In this document: piece after piece, positions 1-9,065 of the stretch | Position numbering within the stretch: the first letter of the stretch is position 1 | Layout: every line of letters begins with the position of its first letter | Assembly: GCA_002839125.1 (NCBI GenBank) | Contig: PGXI01000001.1 | Location: 1 to 37,335, forward strand | From: Tenericutes bacterium HGW-Tenericutes-5 | GTDB taxonomy: Bacteria > Bacillota_I > Bacilli_A > Izemoplasmatales > Hujiaoplasmataceae | DNA length: 37,335 nt | Direction of reading: 5' to 3' | The notes under the pieces: generated by a model | What the model was told of the DNA's origin: nothing | Database searches by the model: none | The model's input: the letters and a program-made list of their open reading frames with translations, nothing else | Position numbers and translations under genes: made by a program

Positions 1-326
1 GCTAACCCCGCCGGAATGCAAGCGACTAAAATTTTGACTAAAAATAGTGTGTTTTCTTCGTTTTCTAATCTTTTTGATGGTTTGAACACATAAATAAGAA
101 AAGATTTTATTAACTCCTTTAATCTTTTAAAATAGATTATTATGAAAGTAAACAAAGATCCGGTGTTTAACAATATCAAAAATATAATATCTTGTTCAAT
201 ATCCAACCCAACTAAAGCTTTGGTCAATTCAACATGCCCACTAGAAGAAACCGGTAAAACCTCTGTAATTCCTTGAATTAAGCCTAAAAAAAGATACTTA
301 AGCAATTCAATAAAATCAAAGCCCAA
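1..326 (-). CDS. uppP: undecaprenyl-diphosphate phosphatase (UppP/BacA), N-terminal part; the gene runs off the window edge
   Basis: Not in the ORF track because it is truncated. Minus-strand translation from TTG at 326 gives MGFDFIELLKYLFLGLIQGITEVLPVSSSGHVELTKALVG... GITEvLPVSSSGH is the hallmark N-terminal BacA/UppP motif. A G-rich SD (GGGGGGG) lies about 8 nt upstream. Confidence 0.8.
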   Translation of the reverse strand, partial: MGFDFIELLKYLFLGLIQGITEVLPVSSSGHVELTKALVGLDIEQDIIFLILLNTGSLFTFIIIYFKRLKELIKSFLIYVFKPSKRLENEENTLFLVKILVACIPAGL

Positions 327-355
327 GATAAACGCCCCCCCAATATAAGTTAAAA

Positions 356-386
356 GAAAAAGCCTTGTTAAAGAAAAGGCTTTTTC
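356..386 (-). terminator. rho-independent terminator downstream of dfx
   Basis: Inverted repeat GAAAAAGCCTT / AAGGCTTTTTC with a 9-nt loop. On the minus strand it is followed by a T-rich tract. Confidence 0.65.
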
Positions 387-401
387 TTTACTTCTTAATT
401 A

Positions 402-776
402 CTATTTAAATTCTTTCATCCATAAACCATGGATGTTGCAATACTCATAAACCTTGATTTCTTTAGAAAAATCTACAAAGAATTCAGTTTCTGGCTTATC
501 TTCAGGTTTAAAAGTCTTGATATAGTATTTGTCGCCGTTTTCTACAAAAATCCATTGAATAAAATGTTTTTCAAGCATTGGATGAGGAACTGACCCAACT
601 TTTACACTTATTTTGTTGTCACTAATTTTTTCAACAACAGGTAAGTGTTTTTCATTTCCTTCTTCCTCTTTTTTAGGCTTAAGAAGTATCATTTCTTCTC
701 CGCAACAAACTAAAGTAGAATCAACTGGGTAAGTATAGCAAATTCTTTTGCAAAGCTCACAATAATAAATATTCAT
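402..776 (-). CDS. dfx: desulfoferrodoxin (2Fe superoxide reductase)
   Basis: N-terminal desulforedoxin-type Cys cluster (CELC...VCCGEEM). Centre II ligands are present: KHLPVV, HPMLEKHF, CNIHGLW. The 124-aa length is typical of class I SOR. SD GGGAGGA lies upstream. Confidence 0.9.
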   Translation of the reverse strand: MNIYYCELCKRICYTYPVDSTLVCCGEEMILLKPKKEEEGNEKHLPVVEKISDNKISVKVGSVPHPMLEKHFIQWIFVENGDKYYIKTFKPEDKPETEFFVDFSKEIKVYEYCNIHGLWMKEFK

Positions 777-866
777 ACTAAATCCTCCCTTTAATATAAT
801 TCAGTTTTATATTACCATAAATGCCGTTCTTTTTAAATAGATTCTCAAAAATCATTACATTTAGAT

Positions 867-2003
867 TTAAATACTTTTTTTACTATTTTTCAGAGTATAG
901 CTGATGCCATCAAAGATAATCATTGGATCCTTTAATTTGAATAGATATGATTTTTTTCCATATCTAAAAAATAATTCATTTCTTCTAATTAAACTCAAAC
1001 CTTTAATCTTATCAATTTCAAACATATACTCTTTCATCTTGTTTAATACAAACAATTGACCTCTAATTATCTCTAAATCCGCATGTCCCAAAGATGATAA
1101 CTCCATTGATTTTGGGTTTAATGAAAACATTGACCCTTCTGAATAAATTACTTCTTTAGAAAGTTTTGGTAATTCTTTTTTCTGCAATTGATCCCAACTA
1201 ACTAAATTATCGAAATCTAAACCGTTTATTAAGGAAAAATCATCAAAAGAAGCAATATGACCACATTGAGAACAATATATATCGTTCTTTTTAGTAGATA
1301 GAGTTTGACTCTTCATACATTTTGGACAAATGTATAAGTATCCTTCTAATCCTAAAGCCCTATTTTTGGGATTATAAAAGTGCTTATGCTTACTATTCCA
1401 ATCGTAATCGTTATATTTTAAGTTATCTTTAACTATTTCATATATTTCATCTAGTTTAGTATTCTCAATTTCATACTTAGTTAAAATGGTTTTGAAATTA
1501 AACTCAACTAAACCCTTCTTTGTATTTTTTAAACCCCATCTTGGGTGAGATAAATAACTACCGTTAATCTGGCATAATATTACATCTTTTTTTTCTTTTT
1601 TAATTAGTTTAGCGATTGATTTTGGAATATCTTGGACTTCACCAAAAAAACTGGTTTCAACTTCCGGAAAAATTAAGACCGGGTTTTTTTCTAGCGAATT
1701 ATGAATATTTTTTACTAAAACCGTATCAAAATCTAAATTCCGCTTAAAAAGCCAAAAATCATAGTTAGCAAAGAAGTAATTAGCGAATCTATTTGTTTTT
1801 TGAAGTTCGTTTAAAACAACTATAGGCTTATTTTTTAAAAGATTCGAAACATAAAAACTATTTAATAAAGAAGAGTTATTTCCAAGCAAAATATAAGTGT
1901 CTTCTCTATTGGGGTTTAAATCCCCAAAATCAACTTTGTAATTGATCTTTCTATTAATATATATCTTAATTAAACGATCAATTACACTGTTTTTTATACT
2001 CAT
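867..2003 (-). CDS. PlsC-type acyltransferase-like protein with internal C4 zinc ribbon; degenerate HX4D motif
   Basis: The block I position reads ILLGNNSSLLNS (NX4N where HX4D is expected). The block III-like sequence is FPEVETSFFG. Zinc ribbon CPKC-x15-CSQC. The layout matches the roughly 380-aa Firmicute acyltransferase family as I remember it. Confidence 0.55.
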   Translation of the reverse strand: MSIKNSVIDRLIKIYINRKINYKVDFGDLNPNREDTYILLGNNSSLLNSFYVSNLLKNKPIVVLNELQKTNRFANYFFANYDFWLFKRNLDFDTVLVKNIHNSLEKNPVLIFPEVETSFFGEVQDIPKSIAKLIKKEKKDVILCQINGSYLSHPRWGLKNTKKGLVEFNFKTILTKYEIENTKLDEIYEIVKDNLKYNDYDWNSKHKHFYNPKNRALGLEGYLYICPKCMKSQTLSTKKNDIYCSQCGHIASFDDFSLINGLDFDNLVSWDQLQKKELPKLSKEVIYSEGSMFSLNPKSMELSSLGHADLEIIRGQLFVLNKMKEYMFEIDKIKGLSLIRRNELFFRYGKKSYLFKLKDPMIIFDGISYTLKNSKKSI

Positions 2004-2025
2004 ACTATCACAACCTTTATGAAAA

Positions 2026-2036
2026 ATTATACCACA
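2026..2036 (-). promoter_or_regulatory. candidate extended -10 (TGTGGTATAAT) for the acyltransferase-like gene
   Basis: Minus-strand TGTGGTATAAT lies 22 nt upstream of the ATG at 2003. There is no good -35. Confidence 0.35.
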
Positions 2037-2070
2037 CTTTTTCTATTAATTATATCAGCGTTTTTTCATA

Positions 2071-2109
2071 AAACAAAAAAACAGAAACTCCATTTATGAG
2101 TTTCTGTTT
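2071..2109 (-). terminator. rho-independent terminator of the lipoprotein gene
   Basis: 12-bp stem AAACAGAAACTC / GAGTTTCTGTTT with a 7-nt loop, followed on the minus strand by TTTTGTTTT. Confidence 0.8.
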
Positions 2110-2127
2110 AAGTTTAAAATAAAGTTA

Positions 2128-4323
2128 CTATTTTGCCCACATTATATCTTGTAAATCTTCCATGATTTCATCGATTCTTGTTTTGTTTGCAGTAGTTAAG
2201 TTTGTGTAATCAAATCCAGCTACTTCTCCAGAAACAGTATCTAGAAAATCTAAAATGTCAGTTACAAGATCAGGATATGAATCAACTTCTAAATCCGCAA
2301 GCATTTCGTTTTCTAACAATACTACAACTGCATCGATGATGCCGTCTAAGTATCCACGAGTTTCATTATCAACTAAACCATCATAAACATCCATTAAGAA
2401 TGCAAATAGGAAATAGTCATTGTCTTCAGAATAAATATCTTCATAGTTGTCTTCATAAAGAGTAACGTATGCATTTGCATAATCTAAGAATACATCTTCT
2501 TCATCAAGATAAGCGAATATGTTTTTGATTAATCCATATTGTTCTTCTGTAGTACTTTCCATGAAAGTTTCAATATCAGTAATAATTGATGTTAAATCCA
2601 TACTGTTATCAGTACTTTCAACATTCATCATACTACCCATAGCCATTGGAATTACAAAGCCAACATAGTCAATGATTAAACCTCTTACAGTTTCAAAATC
2701 TTCTTGAGTTCCTTCGCTAACAACAGCGTTCAATAATGTAACTACTTCATTCATAACCTTGAATTGATAAACAGTATTATTATAATCATGTTCATCCCAA
2801 TCTCTAGTTTCCCAAGGTTCTTGATAAAACTCATCATTTAAAATATTGATTTCAGCAATTAACAATAAGATTGCGCCATCTGATTCAACAAATGCATCTA
2901 ATAAATCGTTGAATGCTTCATCAAAAATTTCGCTGACAGCCATTAATTGATCGTAATTAATGAATGCTAAATCTAATGTCATGCCTTCATCGGCTATTGC
3001 ATCTTCAAGAGTTTCTACATAATCATTAAACATTGCTTCTTTTTCTTCTTCTGTATAAACATTGTCGATTTCATCTAAAAGATCTTCATTTTCTTCTAAG
3101 AAGTTATCGAAATATTTAATAACCAATGTAGCTACTTTAGCTTGTTGAGTATATTCGTGATCAGTACTTGTCAAAATTGCTTTTAAATCTTCGAAGAAAG
3201 CTTGATCAAAATTGTCAACATAGTTAATGAAAGCTTCAAATGACAATAACATTGTTCCTGCCATTTTTTCTGGGCTTCCCATGTCACCAAATTGTACTTC
3301 TTGCATTTCTTCTAAGATTGCAGTCATAGAATATAAAGTATTGATAGCAAGAATTACATCTGTAGAATCTGGCATAGTAGTTCTTAAAATATTTACGATT
3401 TCGTCTTTAACTAAAACTAATTCCGCAACATTTAAGTCTTCTGGTCCTTCTGTTTCACTTAAATTTTGAATCTTAGTGATTAAGTCTTCTGTAATCATTT
3501 CTTCGATACTCATAATGTAATCAATAACAAACAATACAGTCTTTACAACTTCATCAGATGAATCAGCTAACATATCTTGTAATTCTTCTAAAGCGGCAAT
3601 TTCGTCATCGATTTCATCAACACGTTCTTGATAATAACCCCAATAATCTTGGTCATCATCAATCATTGATTGATACCAAGCTTGGTCATCTTCTAACATT
3701 TCGATTTGTTGATCTAATAAATCAGGAAGTAAGTATTTTACAACTGCAGAAATGATAGCTTCAGGATTTTCAACGCTTTCCATCATTGTATCGATAACTG
3801 CAAATCCTTCATTCATGTTATCAACATCATCCATGTCTTCAACGAATGTCATGAAAGCATCCACCATATCTTCAAACTCAGATGCTAACATCCCTTTATT
3901 TACTAATTCTTCAGCAAATCCAGGATCTAATTCCATAGGTAAGTTTTCGCTTAAAGCCAATTGCATAGCAGTAACTTCTTGTTCTTTATTTTCTACATAA
4001 GCAACTGAAGCACTTTGAGCAGAGTCTTGCATACCTTTTGGAGCTTTAGTAATAACGGTAAAAATAATTCTTGTTCCATCTAAACTTGAGAAATCATATG
4101 AATTAGTTTTAACTTCTTTAACTTCTTCTCCATCAGCATATACATAATATCCAGCCGCATTTTCTACAGCGTCCCAACTTAAAGTTTTTCCGTCTATAGT
4201 TAAATTGGTTGGAAATGCGATTTGTTCGTCATAACTAATTTCAACGTTAGAAGGATTACCACCACAAGCAGCAATACCTAAAACAGAAAATAGCATGATA
4301 AATACTAAAAATAATTTTTTCAT
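2128..4323 (-). CDS. hyper-acidic surface lipoprotein with N-terminal Fn3-like domain
   Basis: Signal peptide plus lipobox (MKKLFLVFIMLFSVLGIAAC). An Fn3-like segment follows (LTIDGKTLSWDAVENAAGYYVYADGEEV). The remaining roughly 600 aa are D/E-rich helical sequence with very few K/R. SD GGGGAGGA. Confidence 0.8.
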   Translation of the reverse strand: MKKLFLVFIMLFSVLGIAACGGNPSNVEISYDEQIAFPTNLTIDGKTLSWDAVENAAGYYVYADGEEVKEVKTNSYDFSSLDGTRIIFTVITKAPKGMQDSAQSASVAYVENKEQEVTAMQLALSENLPMELDPGFAEELVNKGMLASEFEDMVDAFMTFVEDMDDVDNMNEGFAVIDTMMESVENPEAIISAVVKYLLPDLLDQQIEMLEDDQAWYQSMIDDDQDYWGYYQERVDEIDDEIAALEELQDMLADSSDEVVKTVLFVIDYIMSIEEMITEDLITKIQNLSETEGPEDLNVAELVLVKDEIVNILRTTMPDSTDVILAINTLYSMTAILEEMQEVQFGDMGSPEKMAGTMLLSFEAFINYVDNFDQAFFEDLKAILTSTDHEYTQQAKVATLVIKYFDNFLEENEDLLDEIDNVYTEEEKEAMFNDYVETLEDAIADEGMTLDLAFINYDQLMAVSEIFDEAFNDLLDAFVESDGAILLLIAEINILNDEFYQEPWETRDWDEHDYNNTVYQFKVMNEVVTLLNAVVSEGTQEDFETVRGLIIDYVGFVIPMAMGSMMNVESTDNSMDLTSIITDIETFMESTTEEQYGLIKNIFAYLDEEDVFLDYANAYVTLYEDNYEDIYSEDNDYFLFAFLMDVYDGLVDNETRGYLDGIIDAVVVLLENEMLADLEVDSYPDLVTDILDFLDTVSGEVAGFDYTNLTTANKTRIDEIMEDLQDIMWAK

Positions 4324-4386
4324 TCTTTTCCTCCCCTTATTGGATATAATAATTTACGTCATGCAAATTATAATATTTGTATATAT

Positions 4387-4415
4387 ATTATAATACTTAA
4401 TCGTGAACATTACAA
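4387..4415 (-). promoter_or_regulatory. candidate sigma70-type promoter of the lipoprotein gene
   Basis: Minus strand: TTGTAA (4410-4415), 17-nt spacer, TATAAT (4387-4392). Confidence 0.4.
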
Positions 4416-4436
4416 ATGACAATTAATAAATAATAG

Positions 4437-4464
4437 AAAATATAGACAAATTTGTCTATATTTT
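4437..4464 (-). terminator. perfect 28-bp palindrome; probable terminator of the ABC operon, possibly also an operator
   Basis: AAAATATAGACAAATTTGTCTATATTTT starts 26 nt after the permease stop and is followed on the minus strand by a T-rich tract. Confidence 0.5.
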
Positions 4465-4489
4465 GATATATAAAACTTTTGATTTTATT

Positions 4490-6931
4490 TTATAAAACCC
4501 GAATTTCATCAGCTAGATTGATATGTTTCACATAACTATAATAATAAACATAACTTAAAAACAAACTGAAGAATACTATCAAATATCCAAGAATTAGAGC
4601 CAAATAGTTAACACTCATGTTTTTGTAGTAATCGAAAAACAATAGTAGATTCTTTAAGTACCCAGACAAAATAAAGACTTCGACTAGTCCGACTAGAACT
4701 AGAGATAAAACTAAGATTAATAATTCTTTAAATAAATTTTTAAAAATCAACCTATTTGTAGAACCCAGTACCTTTACTTTAGAATAATCATTTTTAAGAG
4801 CAAAGAATTTCAAGTAAGTATTATTGAAGACAACGAACATAAAGCTAAAAACTACAAATACCGTTATTACCGTAAATAAAGCAAGAACATTTTTAGAGAT
4901 TGCAATCTGGCCCTCTAAAGTCGCTCTAGCATCAATCAAGTAATACATTTGTCCGCCGTAATCTTTAATTAAATCATCGAACAAAGCTTCGGGATTATTA
5001 GAATTTATCATTATTGAATTATATTTCAAATCCAAAGCATCAATTTTGTCAACGAGATTAGTATATGCAAATTGGTCAAAATCTGTTCTAACAAAACCAG
5101 CAACCACAAAATTAAACCCTCTTAAATCTGGTGATAAGTCCAACTCCATAATGTCACCTTTTTTAATTCCAAATACAATCTCATATGATTGTGGCAAAAG
5201 AATATAAGGCATTGAATTATCTATATACACTTGATCTATTTCATCTAAAACATAGTTAAAATAATCATCAAACTTTTCAATATCAACTGATACTATCATT
5301 TTAATCATAAAACTAGAAGATTCACCATATCTAGCTATTACTTTTTCATGAATAAATGAAGGGTTAACTTCTAAAGTGTCATAATTCTTAATTTCATCGA
5401 TTAAATTATCATCATAATTATGGATGTTAGTCATTACAATATCAAAATCATTGGAATCTCTAACTTCTTTTATTTGATTATCAATAAAAAATCTCACCGT
5501 CAGCATAATAACAATAACAATTAAAGCAACAAACACTACTGACAAAGACTGATGAATATTCTTATTATGTTCTATATGTCTTGCGTTAAACAATGAAAAT
5601 AAAGTCTTCCTTTTTGAAAACAATCTCGATAGTTTTTGTGCTACAAAAATGATAATTGACAAACTTAAATAAATCGACGAAAGAACAATAACTAGAGAAT
5701 TAAATCTTAATGAAAAAGGTTTAATTATTAATACCGCTAAGAAAATTATCGCAATAACTCCAATAAAATAATGGTTATAAAGCCTCAAAACGAAACGTTT
5801 ATCACGTATTTTATCTATCGAGTTCTTAATATAGAATTTTCTTACTAATATAAAATTTTTTATTATAATAAAGACAAGTATAATTATGAAGCTAAGTAAA
5901 ATAATGAGTGGATTAATAAGGATTAAATCATTAACTCCATAAAATCTCCCGCCGATATAGATAACTATATGCGCGATGAAAAGCCCAATAATAAAACTAA
6001 TAAAAACTGAGATCATCCACTGAAAGAAACACACTCGATAACCTAATTTTTTATTATCTCCTAAAGTTTCAAAAACGCCTATTTCTTGAAAAATGTCTTT
6101 AAGCACTATTAAAAATAAAGAGTTTAAAACTATTATTAATGCTACCAAAACCAAAATCCCTGCTAAAGCGATAATTGATATATATTCATTGATTAAACTA
6201 TTGATTTGTTCTTCATCAACTACTAATCTGATTCCATAATTTTGATAGTTTACATCGTTTAACAACTTATCATATACTTCATCAATATTATCCGTATTGA
6301 TGTATACTGCATTGCCAAAATTACTTAAATAACTTACATCATAAATCTTTTCCAACAAATCCGCTTTCTCAACATAGAAAACTCTACCACTAAAAATCCC
6401 ATTATCTTCAATTATTTCTTTAACTGTATACTCATAAACATCATTCAAAATATAAAAACTAAAACTATCTCCTGGCTTAAGATTCTTTTCATCGGCTAAG
6501 CTTTTTGAAATAATTGCTTCATCATCTCTAATAGTTATGTCTTTATCAATTAATATTTCAAATTCATGTGGAAGTGAAGATAGCAATTGTGAGTAAAAAG
6601 TATCTTCACCTTTTTCTGTAAGAACTTGGAGATTGAAAAATGATAAAGCATAATTAATTTCATCATAATCATCGGTAAGATTTCTTTTGTTTATAAATCT
6701 AGCTTCCGAGTATTCATCATAGCTAATTACGATATCTATATTTGGATAAGCGTTTTGAGAATCAGCAGTAAATACAGTTTTATATATCTCCTTAATACCC
6801 ATCATCATCATAAATATAGCGAAAATAAGTGATAAAGTAATAATTATCACCGCTGTTGTTTTTTTATTATGAAGGGCATTTCTCTTGGCGATTAAAAAAC
6901 TAAATTTATTTGTTGTCAATAAACTCACCAT
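4490..6931 (-). CDS. ABC transporter permease, MacB/FtsX-type with two FtsX modules
   Basis: 813 aa. Two blocks of about 4 TM helices are each preceded by a large extracytoplasmic domain. It overlaps the upstream ATPase gene by 26 nt. The start is uncertain (an in-frame TTG lies 12 nt downstream). Confidence 0.8.
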   Translation of the reverse strand: MVSLLTTNKFSFLIAKRNALHNKKTTAVIIITLSLIFAIFMMMMGIKEIYKTVFTADSQNAYPNIDIVISYDEYSEARFINKRNLTDDYDEINYALSFFNLQVLTEKGEDTFYSQLLSSLPHEFEILIDKDITIRDDEAIISKSLADEKNLKPGDSFSFYILNDVYEYTVKEIIEDNGIFSGRVFYVEKADLLEKIYDVSYLSNFGNAVYINTDNIDEVYDKLLNDVNYQNYGIRLVVDEEQINSLINEYISIIALAGILVLVALIIVLNSLFLIVLKDIFQEIGVFETLGDNKKLGYRVCFFQWMISVFISFIIGLFIAHIVIYIGGRFYGVNDLILINPLIILLSFIIILVFIIIKNFILVRKFYIKNSIDKIRDKRFVLRLYNHYFIGVIAIIFLAVLIIKPFSLRFNSLVIVLSSIYLSLSIIIFVAQKLSRLFSKRKTLFSLFNARHIEHNKNIHQSLSVVFVALIVIVIMLTVRFFIDNQIKEVRDSNDFDIVMTNIHNYDDNLIDEIKNYDTLEVNPSFIHEKVIARYGESSSFMIKMIVSVDIEKFDDYFNYVLDEIDQVYIDNSMPYILLPQSYEIVFGIKKGDIMELDLSPDLRGFNFVVAGFVRTDFDQFAYTNLVDKIDALDLKYNSIMINSNNPEALFDDLIKDYGGQMYYLIDARATLEGQIAISKNVLALFTVITVFVVFSFMFVVFNNTYLKFFALKNDYSKVKVLGSTNRLIFKNLFKELLILVLSLVLVGLVEVFILSGYLKNLLLFFDYYKNMSVNYLALILGYLIVFFSLFLSYVYYYSYVKHINLADEIRVL

Positions 6932-7583
6932 CTATCAAATTAATCGTTTTATTACAGTATTTTAAATAATCTTCATTATGAGTAACTAAAATAATGGTTA
7001 AATTTTCATCCTTATTTAGTTTCTCTAGCAAATCCATTATTTCTTTTCCTTTTTTCTGATCAAGGTTTCCCGTAGGTTCATCAGCAAAAAGGATTCTTGG
7101 GGTATTAACCAAAGCTCTTGCAATCGCTATTCTTTGTTGCATACCTCCAGATAACTCATTCGGATAATAATCTCGGTACTCACTCATACCAACCAAAGCA
7201 AATAATTCATTAATCTTGTCTTCATCATTTTTTCCAGCTATTACACTTGCTAGCAGCACATTTTCGTATGCTGTTAAGTTAGGAACTAAATTATAAAATT
7301 GGAAAATAAACCCTAAATGTTTTTGACGCAATTCCGACACTAAAGAGTCTGTTAAATTATTTATGTTTTGGCCATCCAAACTAATTTCGCCATTATCTAT
7401 GGTTTCTAATGAACTTAGGCAATAAAGCAGAGTTGTTTTACCAGATCCAGATGGTCCTATAATACCTAAAAAATCACCTTCGTTTACACTCATGGTGATG
7501 TTTTTTAAAATATGGTTTTTATATTTTCCTTGTATATAATACTTATTTAGATTCTTAACTTCCAAGATTGCCAAAACTATCAC
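6906..7583 (-). CDS. ABC transporter ATP-binding protein (MacB/LolD-like)
   Basis: Walker A GPSGSGKTT, signature LSGGMQQR, Walker B ILFADEPT, H-loop VTHN. The start is ambiguous: GTG at 7583, or in-frame TTG at 7565 giving MEVKNLNKYY. Confidence 0.9.
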   Translation of the reverse strand: MIVLAILEVKNLNKYYIQGKYKNHILKNITMSVNEGDFLGIIGPSGSGKTTLLYCLSSLETIDNGEISLDGQNINNLTDSLVSELRQKHLGFIFQFYNLVPNLTAYENVLLASVIAGKNDEDKINELFALVGMSEYRDYYPNELSGGMQQRIAIARALVNTPRILFADEPTGNLDQKKGKEIMDLLEKLNKDENLTIILVTHNEDYLKYCNKTINLIDGEFIDNK

Positions 7584-7640
7584 TACTTTCTTGTTTTTTA
7601 TTATCTAAATAATATCATTATAAAGGTTTTTTTTCAATGT

Positions 7641-7670
7641 TAAAAGAAAAAACCCATTAATTTGGGTTTT
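7641..7670 (-). terminator. rho-independent terminator ending the DUF5320/NifX/MinD operon
   Basis: Stem AAAACCCA / TGGGTTTT with a 6-nt loop that contains the stop codon, followed on the minus strand by TTCTTTTA. Confidence 0.7.
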
Positions 7671-8142
7671 CTTTTTTTACTTTACATTTAACGTGATTTG
7701 CTTCATACCTCAACCAGAAAAATCCTAAAACTAGAAGTACTAAAGCAAGGAATTTATAAGGTAATCCTGCTAAAGGCAATACTGCTACAGCGAATGTTAT
7801 TCCTATCGTTGAGAAAAAAGCTATTACACAAGGGGTACAACCATATGTCAACATTCCAAATATCACTGCCGCACCTGACATAAACGATCCTTTGCCTTCT
7901 CTACCGGTCAATTTAACTAAAGCGGTTGAGACATTCCACATGAATGCACTTATGAATGCCATAACTACATTCAGTAAAATATTTCCAATTACTAAAAAGA
8001 TACCATATTCTTCCAACATTCCATCATAACCGATATTTAAAAAATCAAGCAATGTATATAATCCCATAAAAATTATAAACACGATTGACCCTTGAATAAT
8101 GTATTTTTTTTCTTTTTGCATACTAAGAATAGTAGTAAACAT
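7657..8142 (-). CDS. small polytopic membrane protein with intramembrane CxxC (GCTPC)
   Basis: About 4-5 hydrophobic helices. The motif TYGCTPCVIAFF lies inside a helix. The start is moved to ATG 8142, 6 nt after SD GAGGTG; the ORF-track GTG at 8151 lies inside that SD. Confidence 0.6.
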   Translation of the reverse strand: MFTTILSMQKEKKYIIQGSIVFIIFMGLYTLLDFLNIGYDGMLEEYGIFLVIGNILLNVVMAFISAFMWNVSTALVKLTGREGKGSFMSGAAVIFGMLTYGCTPCVIAFFSTIGITFAVAVLPLAGLPYKFLALVLLVLGFFWLRYEANHVKCKVKKENPN

Positions 8143-8207
8143 AAAAATCACCTCATATTATGTGAATAATTATAACATAATTACTACTCTAATTAATATT
8201 TAAATGC

Positions 8208-9065
8208 TTATGAAAAAATCTTCAACGTATTTATATATACTTCTTTAATTTCTTTATAAGCTTTGGAATTTTCTTCTAAGAAAACTCCATTATTTATGCT
8301 ATCGATAATTGCTTTATGATATCCTACTTTTCCAACAAAATTATATTTATTTTCTTTTGTATATTTTATTATTTCGTTTGTTAATCTCGAGTTCAAATTA
8401 TGCTTATTAATACATATTGCAATCGGCAAATGGAAACTTGTAGCTGTTTTAATGATTCTTTTCAAATCCGAGATTCCTGAAACTGAAGGTTCTGCAACCA
8501 AAAGAATCATATCAACACCAGACATTGAAGCTATAACTGGACATCCAATACCTGGCGGTCCATCAATGATAACTAAGTCATCTTCCTTGATATATTCCTG
8601 CATATTCTTTTTAACTTTGGTAACCAATAACCCTGAATTTCCACTACCCATTTGTAATTCAGCGGTCGTAAATACTTGCCTATCTTCATATAAACAAATT
8701 TCACCATCTATATACTTGACAAAACTTATAGCATTAACAGGACACACATAATTACAAACTCCGCATCCTTCGCACATATGCTTATTTATTTCATACATAC
8801 TATCAGCAAAACTAATCGCACTAAACTTGCACGATTCTTTACAAAGTCCGCATTGAATGCAATGTTCTTGATCAATGACTGATTTGTCCAAACCATAATA
8901 GTTTTCGCGCTTTTTTACGTCTTTAATTGCCGATACAAGATGCAAATTTGGTGCTTCAACATCGCAATCTGCAAAAACACGAGCTTTAGAAATATTAATA
9001 AAATTACTAGCAAAGGTAGTTTTTCCAGTGCCGCCTTTTCCACTTAATATTAGAAGTTTTTTCAT
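8208..9065 (-). CDS. MinD/ParA-superfamily P-loop ATPase with inserted 2x[4Fe-4S] ferredoxin domain
   Basis: Deviant Walker A GKGGTGKTT. Two CxxCxxCxxxC(P) motifs: CIQCGLCKESC and CEGCGVCNYVCP. Walker B-like sequence LVIIDGPPG. The start overlaps the upstream stop (ATGA). Confidence 0.85.
   Translation of the reverse strand: MKKLLILSGKGGTGKTTFASNFINISKARVFADCDVEAPNLHLVSAIKDVKKRENYYGLDKSVIDQEHCIQCGLCKESCKFSAISFADSMYEINKHMCEGCGVCNYVCPVNAISFVKYIDGEICLYEDRQVFTTAELQMGSGNSGLLVTKVKKNMQEYIKEDDLVIIDGPPGIGCPVIASMSGVDMILLVAEPSVSGISDLKRIIKTATSFHLPIAICINKHNLNSRLTNEIIKYTKENKYNFVGKVGYHKAIIDSINNGVFLEENSKAYKEIKEVYINTLKIFS

Noticed and set aside
3227-4000. Three plus-strand ORFs (3227-3469, 3558-3755, 3752-4000) antisense to the acidic lipoprotein gene
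   Set aside because: They are low-complexity Ser/Ile/Asn-rich translations with no SD or promoter. They lie entirely inside a well-supported minus-strand gene. They are typical shadow ORFs opposite GAx/GAT-rich coding sequence in AT-rich DNA.
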